This document shows positions 9,630 to 17,779 of a stretch of 27,916 nucleotides of DNA, piece by piece. Numbering within the stretch: the first letter of the stretch is position 1; each line of letters opens with the position of its first letter. The notes beneath the pieces are model-generated. The model made no database searches, was not told the origin of the DNA, and saw only the letters and a program-made list of their open reading frames with translations. The stretch is from a virus. Its lineage: Duplodnaviria > Caudoviricetes. A program made the position numbers and the translations under genes. The stretch lies in the IMG/VR virus record IMGVR_UViG_3300027804_000022, positions 1 to 27,916 of that record; one strand, 5' to 3'.

Positions 9630-9793
9630 CCCCACGACAGATTGACCAACTAATCGAGCGTCTGGACTCACACTCCGCCAAGTTGGATCAGGTGCGCTCG
9701 GATGTGGACAAACTCAAAGGAGGACTAGTGGCTATCGGTGCGCTGTTGTTCAGCGTACTTGTGCCGCTACTCGCATCGCTGCTCGCTAAGTGA
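9626..9793 (+). CDS. Small coiled-coil protein with a C-terminal TM segment (55 aa; not in ORF track)
   Basis: MTPRQIDQLIERLDSHSAKLDQVRSDVDKLKGGLVAIGALLFSVLVPLLASLLAK; 4-nt overlaps at both ends. Confidence 0.8.
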   Translation: MTPRQIDQLIERLDSHSAKLDQVRSDVDKLKGGLVAIGALLFSVLVPLLASLLAK

Positions 9794-10965
9794 AGCGCGC
9801 CGCGTTCCCACTGCTAGGGATCGTCTTCAGCACGCTCATCTTCCTGCCGATCGTGCGCGCTGAGGATCTGCCGCAGCAGGGCGTGACGATGACGGTCTAC
9901 CCAGAGATGTCGTGGCCGTTCGAGCCGTGGGTCACGCCACCGACAACCGAGCCGTGCTACTCCGCCGTGGTGCCAAACATCGACTACGACTGGGGTAGCG
10001 CTCCACCGGCAGAGGGCTGCCCAGGCGACTTCTTCGTCATCAACTTCACAGGCTGGCTGACCGTGCCAGAGAGGGGCCAGTGGGAGTTTCTCAACTGGAG
10101 CGACGATGGCTGGAGAATGACGCTAGACGGCGTGCTGACGCTTGATGACTGGAACTTCCACGGCTGCGGCGGTCACTGGTCAGGACCCAATGAGGGCTAC
10201 TCGCAGCTCGTTGCAGGTCAGTCCTACGCACTCGACATCTGGATGTTTGAGTGGGGCGGCGGCGCGTGTGCGCGTCTCTGGTACGGCGCACCAACTCTCG
10301 GCTACGGCACCGTGCCAACTGAGTGGCTGACTACCAGCGCGCTACCAACGCCAGAGCCAAGCGCAGAGCCGTCACCAGAGCCAAGCCCAGAACCATCTGT
10401 TGAGCCAACGCCAGAACCAAGTCCATCAGAAAGTCCATCGCCAGATCCTACGCCAACCCCAACAGAAAGTGAGTTGCCAAGTGTTGAACCATCGCCGATC
10501 CCATCGCCGACTCCCACACCCCAGCCGTCGCCCACGGCCGAGCCGTCGCCAGTTCCTACTCCGACAGTCACCCCTACTCCTACTCCCACTCCTGTACCTA
10601 CTCCTGAACCGTCAGTAGAACCAACGCCGACAGAGACTGCAACGCCTGAGCCGAGCGTGGAGCCAACGCCTTCACCATCACCGTCACCAGATAACATTGC
10701 GGAAGAAGCAGCAGCGGTCGTCGGTGAGACAATCGCCGCAGTGAGCGAAGCAGTCGGAGAGGCGGCAGCCGCAGTAGCGGAGACCGTCACGCAGGCTGTA
10801 GAAGCCATCGCCAATCTCGGCAAGGATCTCTCTCCGGTCGAGAAAGAGAAGGCTGCACCAGTCGCCATCGCCATCATCGTCGGTCAGGTAGCCAGTGCGG
10901 CCGTCGCCGCAGCATCGACCGCCAGTGCAGCTGCTGCAAGTGCAGCGAGAAAGGCAACGAAGTGA
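9790..10965 (+). CDS. Secreted PA14-domain protein with Pro/Thr/Ser/Glu-rich stalk and hydrophobic C-terminus
   Basis: Signal peptide ending VRA; PA14 motifs NIDYDWG, F...FTGWL, SDDG, FEWGGGA; about 115-aa EPSPTP linker. Confidence 0.85.
   Translation: MKRAAFPLLGIVFSTLIFLPIVRAEDLPQQGVTMTVYPEMSWPFEPWVTPPTTEPCYSAVVPNIDYDWGSAPPAEGCPGDFFVINFTGWLTVPERGQWEFLNWSDDGWRMTLDGVLTLDDWNFHGCGGHWSGPNEGYSQLVAGQSYALDIWMFEWGGGACARLWYGAPTLGYGTVPTEWLTTSALPTPEPSAEPSPEPSPEPSVEPTPEPSPSESPSPDPTPTPTESELPSVEPSPIPSPTPTPQPSPTAEPSPVPTPTVTPTPTPTPVPTPEPSVEPTPTETATPEPSVEPTPSPSPSPDNIAEEAAAVVGETIAAVSEAVGEAAAAVAETVTQAVEAIANLGKDLSPVEKEKAAPVAIAIIVGQVASAAVAAASTASAAAASAARKATK
10341..10690 (+). repeat. Low-complexity coding repeats (PEPS/PTPT)
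   Basis: Degenerate CCAGAGCCAAGC / CCTACT units encoding the stalk. Confidence 0.8.
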
Positions 10966-11135
10966 TCAAGCGGATTATCATTGACCTAGTAGGCGGAGCC
11001 TGGACAATCCTAGGCTTGCTCTTTGCTGTCGTTGTTCTGCCAGAGGGCGACACGCAGTCCACGATGGCGACGCTATTCGGTGGGCTGACAATCATCTGGC
11101 TCGTCACAGGACCACTTCGGTGGATGGAGGAATAA
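10962..11135 (+). CDS. Small two-TM membrane protein (57 aa; not in ORF track)
   Basis: MIKRIIIDLVGGAWTILGLLFAVVVLPEGDTQSTMATLFGGLTIIWLVTGPLRWMEE; GTGA overlap. Confidence 0.8.
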   Translation: MIKRIIIDLVGGAWTILGLLFAVVVLPEGDTQSTMATLFGGLTIIWLVTGPLRWMEE

Positions 11136-11389
11136 TGAGCGCAGCAGATCACATCGAGCAGATCCACGAGCAGGGTTGGACGCGGATCAATACCGCGCCA
11201 GGTGAGTGGGTGGCTCTCGTACTGAACACCGAGAACAGCGCCTTTGGCGGCACGCTCTGGAAGCAGGGCGAAGATGGCAACGACTACTCAGAGGGCTGCA
11301 CTGAGGGATTCCCTGTTAGCGCGGCTCTGGACTTTGACGCAGCAGGTCGAGCAATCGCCGTGCTGATCAAGAAGGAGAACGCAGAGTGA
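11135..11389 (+). CDS. Hypothetical protein (84 aa)
   Basis: GGAGG RBS and TAATG coupling favour ATG 11135. Confidence 0.75.
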   Translation: MSAADHIEQIHEQGWTRINTAPGEWVALVLNTENSAFGGTLWKQGEDGNDYSEGCTEGFPVSAALDFDAAGRAIAVLIKKENAE

Positions 11390-12564
11390 AATATCGCGTT
11401 GCCTCACAGCTCTATTCTGACGCTGAATCCCAGCTGAAGGGCGCGAAGCAGATCCTAGACGACTGCACATGGAGTAGTTGCGCGGCAGCCATTGGCTGGA
11501 GCTCAAAATATGAACTAAGCCCAACGGCCGCACAGGCAGTAATCGCAATGAAGAAAGTCACAGGTCGAGCCGATGTGCAGGGCAAGTCCGACAATGGCGG
11601 CAGTCTTGCCGAAGCCATCAAGGTCATCGCCCACCTAGGCGGAAAGGCTCGCTACGCCAAGTCTTGGGAGGACGCAGTCGCCGCAGCCAAGGGCGGCGCA
11701 GCACTTATGGTGTGGGTCCAGCAAGGTCCATCCTTCTACCCAGCCGATGTAAAAATCAGCGCTTGGCACGACCGTTGGTTCAAGTGGTGGAGCAAGCATT
11801 CGCCAGAGAAGATCAAGGCTGGCTACGGCCATATGACCTCCGCAGGATGGTGCGAAGACCACGGCTGGCAGTGGGCGTGTCCGACTCGTGACGATAAGCA
11901 AGCCGCTGAGAAGTACGGCGTGCCGGTTACAGAGGCGCAGCTGCGCCAGATTGCCAACAGCAAGGTCAAGGCGAAGAAGGTGGCAGTCGACTACAAGTGC
12001 CTGCTCATCGTCACGCACCCAGGCAAGGTCGCGGCTCCAGTGCCAGTCGCTGCTCCTGTGGTAGCACCAGTAGTGGCTCCTGCCGCTGCTCCTACAATCG
12101 TCGTACAGGCACCAACCAGCCACGCTAAGGAGGTTCCAATGGCAAAGGGTACTAAGACAGCCGCCGTCATCGCCGACGCTGAGGCGGCCCTCCAGCGCGT
12201 TGACTGGGATGACAAAGGCAAGGAAGCCTTCAGCGCGCTCGTAGAAGCCGCGAAGGCAAGCAACGGCAAGAAGGGCTTCCGCGCTAAGGCTGCGGCATCG
12301 CTCGGCTGGATCGTCGCCAACACCGGCATTGACGAGATGGTGATCGAAGCGCTCCGCACAGGTCTCGGAACTGGACTCGCTATCGCCTTGGCGAGCGGCT
12401 CCCAGATCACGCGCCTAGACGCTGATCAGGCAGATATGATCTTTGCAGGTGCCATTGCTGCGTGCCTTCAGGTCATCGTGCGCGCCCTCAACCCTGACGA
12501 TCCTAAGTTCGGCATCGGCAAGGCGAAGGCAGAGATCGCCAACGGCAACGGCCCTCACAAGTAA
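11386..12564 (+). CDS. Putative endolysin (C39/papain-like Cys peptidase) fused to a holin-like C-terminal domain
   Basis: SQL...DDC27TWSSCA and GH149M; APV-rich linker; two hydrophobic segments ending VIVRALNPDDPKFG. Confidence 0.7.
   Translation: MKYRVASQLYSDAESQLKGAKQILDDCTWSSCAAAIGWSSKYELSPTAAQAVIAMKKVTGRADVQGKSDNGGSLAEAIKVIAHLGGKARYAKSWEDAVAAAKGGAALMVWVQQGPSFYPADVKISAWHDRWFKWWSKHSPEKIKAGYGHMTSAGWCEDHGWQWACPTRDDKQAAEKYGVPVTEAQLRQIANSKVKAKKVAVDYKCLLIVTHPGKVAAPVPVAAPVVAPVVAPAAAPTIVVQAPTSHAKEVPMAKGTKTAAVIADAEAALQRVDWDDKGKEAFSALVEAAKASNGKKGFRAKAAASLGWIVANTGIDEMVIEALRTGLGTGLAIALASGSQITRLDADQADMIFAGAIAACLQVIVRALNPDDPKFGIGKAKAEIANGNGPHK
12126..12141 (+). promoter_or_regulatory. Internal RBS and in-frame ATG (Met252) for a 141-aa holin-like product, 12139-12564
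   Basis: TAAGGAGGT-TCCA-ATG, located at the end of the linker. Confidence 0.7.
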
Positions 12565-12567
12565 ATC

Positions 12568-12723
12568 GTGCCGGTCAAGGTCGCCAAGCCATTCGGCAAC
12601 TGCTCCGTCTGCGAGATGGTCGCTAGGGTCTGGGAGGTCGAGTCAGCCGACGAGCTGCTCTGTGGGGTCTGCCTCCGACTACTGGTAGCGATCAGCCTAG
12701 AGGACTCGACACAGCCGTCCTAG
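12568..12723 (+). CDS. Small CxxC...CxxC zinc-finger protein (51 aa; not in ORF track)
   Basis: MPVKVAKPFGNCSVCEMVARVWEVESADELLCGVCLRLLVAISLEDSTQPS; weak RBS. Confidence 0.55.
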   Translation: MPVKVAKPFGNCSVCEMVARVWEVESADELLCGVCLRLLVAISLEDSTQPS

Positions 12724-12729
12724 GCGGCT

Positions 12730-12761
12730 TCCCCTGGGTGGCTCCTCCTCCACCCAGGGGA
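12730..12761 (+). terminator. 12-bp perfect hairpin ending the late operon; loop CTCCTCCT
   Basis: TCCCCTGGGTGG / CCACCCAGGGGA; no U-tract. Confidence 0.6.
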
Positions 12762-12811
12762 GTATCCACCCTGCATAAAACATATTCACACCACAAGTTG
12801 TGCGCGTGGGG

Positions 12812-12841
12812 TTGACGGCTGCTTGCCGTTGAGCGTATGCT
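12812..12841 (+). promoter_or_regulatory. Sigma70-type early promoter
   Basis: TTGACG-N18-TATGCT in the gap between lysis and early genes; ACGGC-N5-GCCGT inverted repeat overlaps the -35 box. Confidence 0.7.
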
Positions 12842-12894
12842 GCTCCTGCCAGTGAGGAATGAGCCATTCGGCTCTGCTGGTACAGGAGGTCAAG

Positions 12895-13107
12895 GTGAAG
12901 AGGAACCCACAGACATTCAGCGTGCTGGAGAACGGCAAGCTGAGGCGCTACTACGATCCGCGCACACCGGACAATCGCAACCGACCTAAGTCGGACTTTG
13001 CAGGTCTGCGTGAATACACCGAGATGCCGAGCATCGCTGAGATGGTGACCTACACCATCTTCATTGCATCGATCATCTTCGTGTTGATCGTTGGCGGTTC
13101 GCTATGA
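12895..13107 (+). CDS. Small early protein with a C-terminal TM segment
   Basis: AGGAGGT RBS favours GTG 12895; hydrophobic tail. Confidence 0.7.
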   Translation: MKRNPQTFSVLENGKLRRYYDPRTPDNRNRPKSDFAGLREYTEMPSIAEMVTYTIFIASIIFVLIVGGSL

Positions 13108-13274
13108 AGATCAACCGCAGGTCCACTCCAAGGATGGTCAAGCACAAGTCCTTTGTGAGCGACTTCCAGCGCCTAGAGCGAGAGGCTCACAACCGTGAGC
13201 GCTTCAGCTTCACCGTCGCGGTGATGGCGTTCTGGGTATTGGCCGTGTTGGTCTTTCAGTTGGTCTCACGATGA
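13104..13274 (+). CDS. Small early protein with a C-terminal TM segment (56 aa; not in ORF track)
   Basis: MKINRRSTPRMVKHKSFVSDFQRLEREAHNRERFSFTVAVMAFWVLAVLVFQLVSR; ATGA overlaps at both ends. Confidence 0.75.
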   Translation: MKINRRSTPRMVKHKSFVSDFQRLEREAHNRERFSFTVAVMAFWVLAVLVFQLVSR

Positions 13275-13402
13275 GGTGCGCCTACTGCAAGGGTCCAGTC
13301 AAGACGAAGTCGACACAGAAGCGCGACCAGATCTGCGGCGTGTGCTGGGCGCTGTTGATCCAGATTGCTAAGAGCCAGCCTGTATTTGGACGCACGCAGT
13401 GA
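13271..13402 (+). CDS. Small zinc-finger protein (43 aa; not in ORF track)
   Basis: MRCAYCKG...ICGVCW; ATGA and GTGA overlaps. Confidence 0.7.
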   Translation: MRCAYCKGPVKTKSTQKRDQICGVCWALLIQIAKSQPVFGRTQ

Positions 13403-13611
13403 CCAAGTGGAAGTGCGTAATCTGCGCGCGGCAGATGGTGACCGAGACCAAGCCTTCGCTGATTGAGCGCCTCTGCGCTGACTGCAATGTCAGCCACTGG
13501 AAGAAGGTCGTAGACATCTACACGACAGGAGACAAGAAGCGACTGGCAGAAGCCAAGAAGAAACTGAGCGCCGCAGTCACGGCGTTGAAAAAGACACAGG
13601 AGGTCAAGTGA
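13399..13611 (+). CDS. Small zinc-finger protein (70 aa)
   Basis: CVIC...CADC; coupled overlaps. Confidence 0.75.
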   Translation: MTKWKCVICARQMVTETKPSLIERLCADCNVSHWKKVVDIYTTGDKKRLAEAKKKLSAAVTALKKTQEVK

Positions 13612-14570
13612 GCAAGCGCTTTGAGTTTGTATCCGCACCGCAGCGGAGTCCAGAGTGGTTCGAGATGCGGAAGGGCGGCATCACCGCCACCGGTATCACT
13701 GCCATCAACGGCTCGTCGCCGTACAAGACCGCCTACCGACTCTGGGCGGAGTTGACTGGTCAGGTCGGTGAGCAGGAAGTCGGAGCGGCCGCACAGCGCG
13801 GTCAACTGCTAGAGCAGGCAGTCGCCGACTACTACACCGCAGAGACTGGCAAGAAGCTGCGAAAGAGCAACGGCATCGTGCGCTTGAAGGAGTTCCCTTG
13901 GGCGATGGCATCGTTAGATCGCACCATCGTGGGCGACACCGACGGTCTCGTAGAGATCAAGACCTCAACGAGCAGCCGCTGGCAGTTGTACCCAGTGCCA
14001 CCTGAGTATGTGGACCAGGTGCAGTGGCAGATGTTCATCACTGGCGCGTCGTACTGCGATGTCGCAGTGCTGCTCTCTGGCTTGGTCTTTCGCATTGAGC
14101 GCGTGGAGGCTGACCCTGTCTACCAGACGCAACTGTTCGACAAGGCCGTCCTATTCCGCGAGTTGGTGCAGTCCAAGACTCCGCCACCTCTGACCGGCAA
14201 CGACAGCGACACACTCGCTGAAGTCAAGCCGCAGAGCAACAACACCTATGCCGTGGCTGATCCGCAGCTGGATCACATTGCGCGGCTCTACATCGAAGCG
14301 AAGGTTGAGGCAGAGGCTGCCGATGCCGCGCTAAAGGAGATGGCAATCGCCATCAAGGAAGCCATCGGCGATGGCGAAGGAGTCAAGGGTCAGGGGTGGC
14401 TTGCCACCTGGAAGACCAACAAGAGCAGCGTCAAGGTGGACTGGGAGAGCATCGCAGATGTCCTGCGAACGGTTGCTCCAGACACCTACGGTGAAGCCAT
14501 CAAGCGCTTCACCTCAGAGAAGCCAGGGGCGCGAGTATTCCGCGTCTTTGGGAAGGAGGATCAAGCGTGA
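13608..14570 (+). CDS. YqaJ / lambda-exonuclease-family recombination nuclease
   Basis: QRSPEW...RKGGITA, G..LE, ASLDR, VEIKT, Y..QVQWQM. Confidence 0.93.
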   Translation: MSKRFEFVSAPQRSPEWFEMRKGGITATGITAINGSSPYKTAYRLWAELTGQVGEQEVGAAAQRGQLLEQAVADYYTAETGKKLRKSNGIVRLKEFPWAMASLDRTIVGDTDGLVEIKTSTSSRWQLYPVPPEYVDQVQWQMFITGASYCDVAVLLSGLVFRIERVEADPVYQTQLFDKAVLFRELVQSKTPPPLTGNDSDTLAEVKPQSNNTYAVADPQLDHIARLYIEAKVEAEAADAALKEMAIAIKEAIGDGEGVKGQGWLATWKTNKSSVKVDWESIADVLRTVAPDTYGEAIKRFTSEKPGARVFRVFGKEDQA

Positions 14571-15133
14571 TCGAAGTAGAACTCACCACCGCGATCAAGG
14601 TCAGGGCTGAAGAGATGTTCAAGCAGGCGCAGTCCAGCAGCGCGCTGCGTTTCCGAAAGGAGAAGGCGGACGGCAACACCACTTGGACTGGCGTGCTAGG
14701 TCAGGCCGTGTTTGAGGCGGTACTCAGCGAGCGCAAGATGCCGTTCATCCCAGTGGACCTCACGACACACGACTATGTGGTCTGCGGTCTGAAGGTCGAT
14801 GTGAAGACCAAGGGGTGGAGCCGACCGGCAGCCAACGATGTTGAGGTCAGCGTCTTTGACTACATCCGAGACCACCAAGCGGTGGACTACTACGCCTTCG
14901 TTCACTTGCAGCTCGCGCCTGGAGAGGACCGCAATGGGCCACCCCACGCGGATAAGTACCAGCGTGCGTGGCTGCTCGGAGTGATGGATAAGAGCCAGTA
15001 TCTCTATCTGGCATATGAAGTGAAGGAGGGAACCCTATTCGAGAGCGGACATATTGCAAAGGCGAGTTCATTGAATCTGGTAGCCGAGCAGTTGCTACCT
15101 GTAGAGACCATTGGAGGATCAGAGAATGACTAA
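14567..15133 (+). CDS. Putative PD-(D/E)XK nuclease-fold protein
   Basis: GVLGQ..FE helix; HDY....KVDVKTK; DYYAFV. Confidence 0.6.
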   Translation: MIEVELTTAIKVRAEEMFKQAQSSSALRFRKEKADGNTTWTGVLGQAVFEAVLSERKMPFIPVDLTTHDYVVCGLKVDVKTKGWSRPAANDVEVSVFDYIRDHQAVDYYAFVHLQLAPGEDRNGPPHADKYQRAWLLGVMDKSQYLYLAYEVKEGTLFESGHIAKASSLNLVAEQLLPVETIGGSEND

Positions 15134-15851
15134 GCAAATCGCAGCGGCACTGGCCGCACCGTTCACCGGCACGGATCTGAAGCAGCGCCCAGGGCGCGGC
15201 GGAATGACCTTCACCTACGCCGATGCGCGAGCCGTAGCTCAGCGCCTAGACGATGTCTTGGGCATCACTGGGTGGAACTTTGAGAGCGTCGTGGTCGACA
15301 GCACCGCAAAGGCGATCAAGGGAACGCTGACCATCCGAGTGGATGGCGTTGCTTCGACCAAGGAAGATTACGGCTACCCCAACGGTGGTCAAAGCGACGA
15401 GCCTCTGAAGGAGGCATCAAGCGACGCTCTTCGCCGCTGCGCGGCTCTCCTTGGCGTAGGGCGGTCTCTTTATGCGTCAGGCACAGGCGCGAGCCTCTCC
15501 GTGGCTCCTAGACCCCTCTCCGTTGATTCTGTGAGGGCATCGCAGCCGTCGGTTTCCACGGACGATGTGGCCGTAGCAGCAGCAATGCTGTTCGCGGAGG
15601 GTGAATGCCCAGACCACCGCACGGCTTGGTCGCACAAGCCTGCCGGTGTCAGCAAGGCTGGCAAGGCGTACAGCGCCTTCTACGCCTGCTCTGGCAAGTC
15701 GAACGGCGACTTCTGCAAGCGCAAGCCGAGCATCGCGTGGGTCAACGCCCAGGTGCGCGATGAGGGTGAGGCAATGCTTGCCGCCAAGGCGAAGGGTCTG
15801 CACGATGGCAACCCTGCGCTAGAGACCGCGCTAGAGGAACTGCCGTTCTAG
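15126..15851 (+). CDS. Rad52/Rad22-family single-strand annealing protein (Sak-like) with C-terminal Zn-binding motif
   Basis: TYADARAVAQRLDDVLG..GW, KEASSDALRRCAALLGVGRSLY; CPDH...C...C; acidic ELPF tail; GGAGG RBS before ATG 15126. Confidence 0.9.
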   Translation: MTKQIAAALAAPFTGTDLKQRPGRGGMTFTYADARAVAQRLDDVLGITGWNFESVVVDSTAKAIKGTLTIRVDGVASTKEDYGYPNGGQSDEPLKEASSDALRRCAALLGVGRSLYASGTGASLSVAPRPLSVDSVRASQPSVSTDDVAVAAAMLFAEGECPDHRTAWSHKPAGVSKAGKAYSAFYACSGKSNGDFCKRKPSIAWVNAQVRDEGEAMLAAKAKGLHDGNPALETALEELPF

Positions 15852-15868
15852 TCAACGGCATCATCTAC

Positions 15869-15905
15869 GGCTGGGAGAGACTGGTGACCTCCACCTCTCC
15901 CAGCC
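15869..15905 (+). other. Intergenic hairpin with ACCTCC in the loop region
   Basis: GGCTGGGAGAG / CTCTCCCAGCC, perfect 11-bp stem. Confidence 0.7.
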
Positions 15906-15927
15906 ACTAACACAGAGCGGAGGACGA

Positions 15928-16368
15928 ATGGTTTGGTTCAAGTGGGTAGCAAATGCACACCGAGATGCGGAGATCTCGGCGCTGACTGACACGCAGTTCC
16001 GCGCGTTCATCACGATCATTGGTGAGGTGAAGCTGCTGCGATCCGGTGGCATCTTCAAGAACCGACAGCACCTCAAGACCGTCATCGGCGCACGCCTCTT
16101 CAGGGGTGTGGACGGCCTGTTGAAAAGTGGTCTCCTGACAGAATCTGGAGACGGAGTCATCGCCGTGTCGAACTACTCTCGCTATCAAGTCGACCCCACC
16201 TCGACCTCTCGTGGACAAAAGTGGCGAGATCAAAACAGGGGTAGGTCAACGGACAGAGAAAGAGAAAGAGAAGGAGAAAAGAATAGAACCCCTATATCCC
16301 CTAAACGCTCTGGCTCTGGAAGGCTCACGCCACTGAACGAGATTCTAGGACTGAAGAAGAATGCGTAA
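15928..16368 (+). CDS. Putative replication initiator / replisome organiser (wHTH-like)
   Basis: WFK start, L..L...GLL...I.V.NY..YQ pattern, charged EREREGEK linker and PISP; position after the annealing protein. Confidence 0.55.
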   Translation: MVWFKWVANAHRDAEISALTDTQFRAFITIIGEVKLLRSGGIFKNRQHLKTVIGARLFRGVDGLLKSGLLTESGDGVIAVSNYSRYQVDPTSTSRGQKWRDQNRGRSTDREREREGEKNRTPISPKRSGSGRLTPLNEILGLKKNA

Positions 16369-16768
16369 GCAAGAGGAGCCAAGCAAGCACGCTCTGGCAA
16401 CGAGAGCCTGGAGGGAGAAAGAGACTGAAGACCAACGAGCTGTGAGGGTGTTGAAGTACACGCTCTACAACCATCGGATGACGATGGAGCAGTACACGGC
16501 CTTACGGCTGGCGCAGGCTGATCGATGTGGAGCGTGCAAGGAGCCTCTCCGCTTTGGCGAGGCTAGGGCAGTGACGGTGGATCACGATCCGCGCTGCTGC
16601 ACCTACGAGACGCTCAGTACCGGCAGGACAAAGGGCGTGCCGATCTCGTGCGGCAAGTGTGTCAGGGCGCTGCTCTGCTCACCCTGCAACCGAGCCATCG
16701 GATTCTTTGAGCGCTATCCACAGCGCGTTCATATGTGGATCGACTATCTCAGGAGGGTCATGAAATGA
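16361..16768 (+). CDS. Recombination endonuclease VII-domain protein
   Basis: Q..RCGAC, VDHD, VRALLCSPCNRAIG. Confidence 0.88.
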   Translation: MRKQEEPSKHALATRAWREKETEDQRAVRVLKYTLYNHRMTMEQYTALRLAQADRCGACKEPLRFGEARAVTVDHDPRCCTYETLSTGRTKGVPISCGKCVRALLCSPCNRAIGFFERYPQRVHMWIDYLRRVMK

Positions 16769-17364
16769 GCGCACACATCGCATTTGTCGGACCACAGGGT
16801 TCAGGCAAGAGCACGCTGGCAGAGATGCTGGAGGAGCGGCGTAAGAGCCGGTACATCGTGCTTCCAATCGCGCAGACCATCCGTGAGGTGGCATCGCTCG
16901 CCTACGGCGTCGACTTCGACAAGAGCAAGCACTACGAGCAGCGCCGCCTGGGCTTGGATGTCAAGACCTCAGGACGCGAGATCCTGCAAGACATCGGCGC
17001 GCAGCTGCGAGAACTGGATGCCTACTTTTGGATCAAGGCGTGGCACGACGCGTTCAACCGTTTGGCACCGCTAGGTCGGCCAATCGCCATTGACGATGTG
17101 CGTCTGCCACTAGAGGCGCACTTCCTCCGGCAGCACATCCCAGGGATCACCATTGTGCGTGTGTTCGCATCCGCAGCGGCTCGCACCAAGCGCCGTGGGG
17201 TGCTCCAAGGGGCAGCCGATATCACCGAGCACGGCTATCTCCAGACCGAGTACGACTTGCAGATCGACACAACAGACTTGACAGCCGAGAAGTCCTACGC
17301 GATCCTCAGGCAGTACATGGTGGATAACGGCAAGTGGTCGGCATCCCCAGAGGAGGAATCATGA
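16765..17364 (+). CDS. Deoxynucleoside monophosphate kinase-like P-loop protein
   Basis: GPQGSGKST, REILQDIG, FWIK, IDDVR...E; start ATG 16765. Confidence 0.85.
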   Translation: MSAHIAFVGPQGSGKSTLAEMLEERRKSRYIVLPIAQTIREVASLAYGVDFDKSKHYEQRRLGLDVKTSGREILQDIGAQLRELDAYFWIKAWHDAFNRLAPLGRPIAIDDVRLPLEAHFLRQHIPGITIVRVFASAAARTKRRGVLQGAADITEHGYLQTEYDLQIDTTDLTAEKSYAILRQYMVDNGKWSASPEEES

Positions 17365-17597
17365 GCAACACAGACTTGACGGAACTAGAGACACGAGCCG
17401 CGCAGCTCGGCTATCACTATGACGGCCTTGTGCGCGTTGAGCACCCATTCGCTGATCAAGAGAATCAGGTGACCTGGACAATCGTTCTGACCGACACACA
17501 AGGCACAGAACTGACCTTTCAAGCGCCGACGATTGAGGGTGCCATTGAGGTCGCCAATGATCGAATGGCGCTGCTGTCTGGACTGGCTGACCTGTGA
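17361..17597 (+). CDS. Hypothetical protein (78 aa)
   Basis: GGAGG RBS; ATGA overlap. Confidence 0.75.
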   Translation: MSNTDLTELETRAAQLGYHYDGLVRVEHPFADQENQVTWTIVLTDTQGTELTFQAPTIEGAIEVANDRMALLSGLADL

Positions 17598-17779
17598 GCG
17601 CCTACGCCTATGTGGGCATCACACTGATCGTCATCAACACCGCGCTCTTCCTCATCGTGTTCGCTAGTCTGCCGATGAGCATCAAGCGCGGAGTCGGTGT
17701 GGCACCGTCGTTCATCTATCTGCTCACCACGGCAGCGACAGTGGTCTGGATGTGGAGGTCATTGCAATGGCAGGCGTAA
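17594..17779 (+). CDS. Small two-TM membrane protein
   Basis: GTGA overlap; two hydrophobic segments. Confidence 0.7.
   Translation: MSAYAYVGITLIVINTALFLIVFASLPMSIKRGVGVAPSFIYLLTTAATVVWMWRSLQWQA

Noticed and set aside
10302-10877. Gly/Val-repeat minus-strand ORF
   Set aside because: It is the antisense reading of the Pro/Thr stalk codons.
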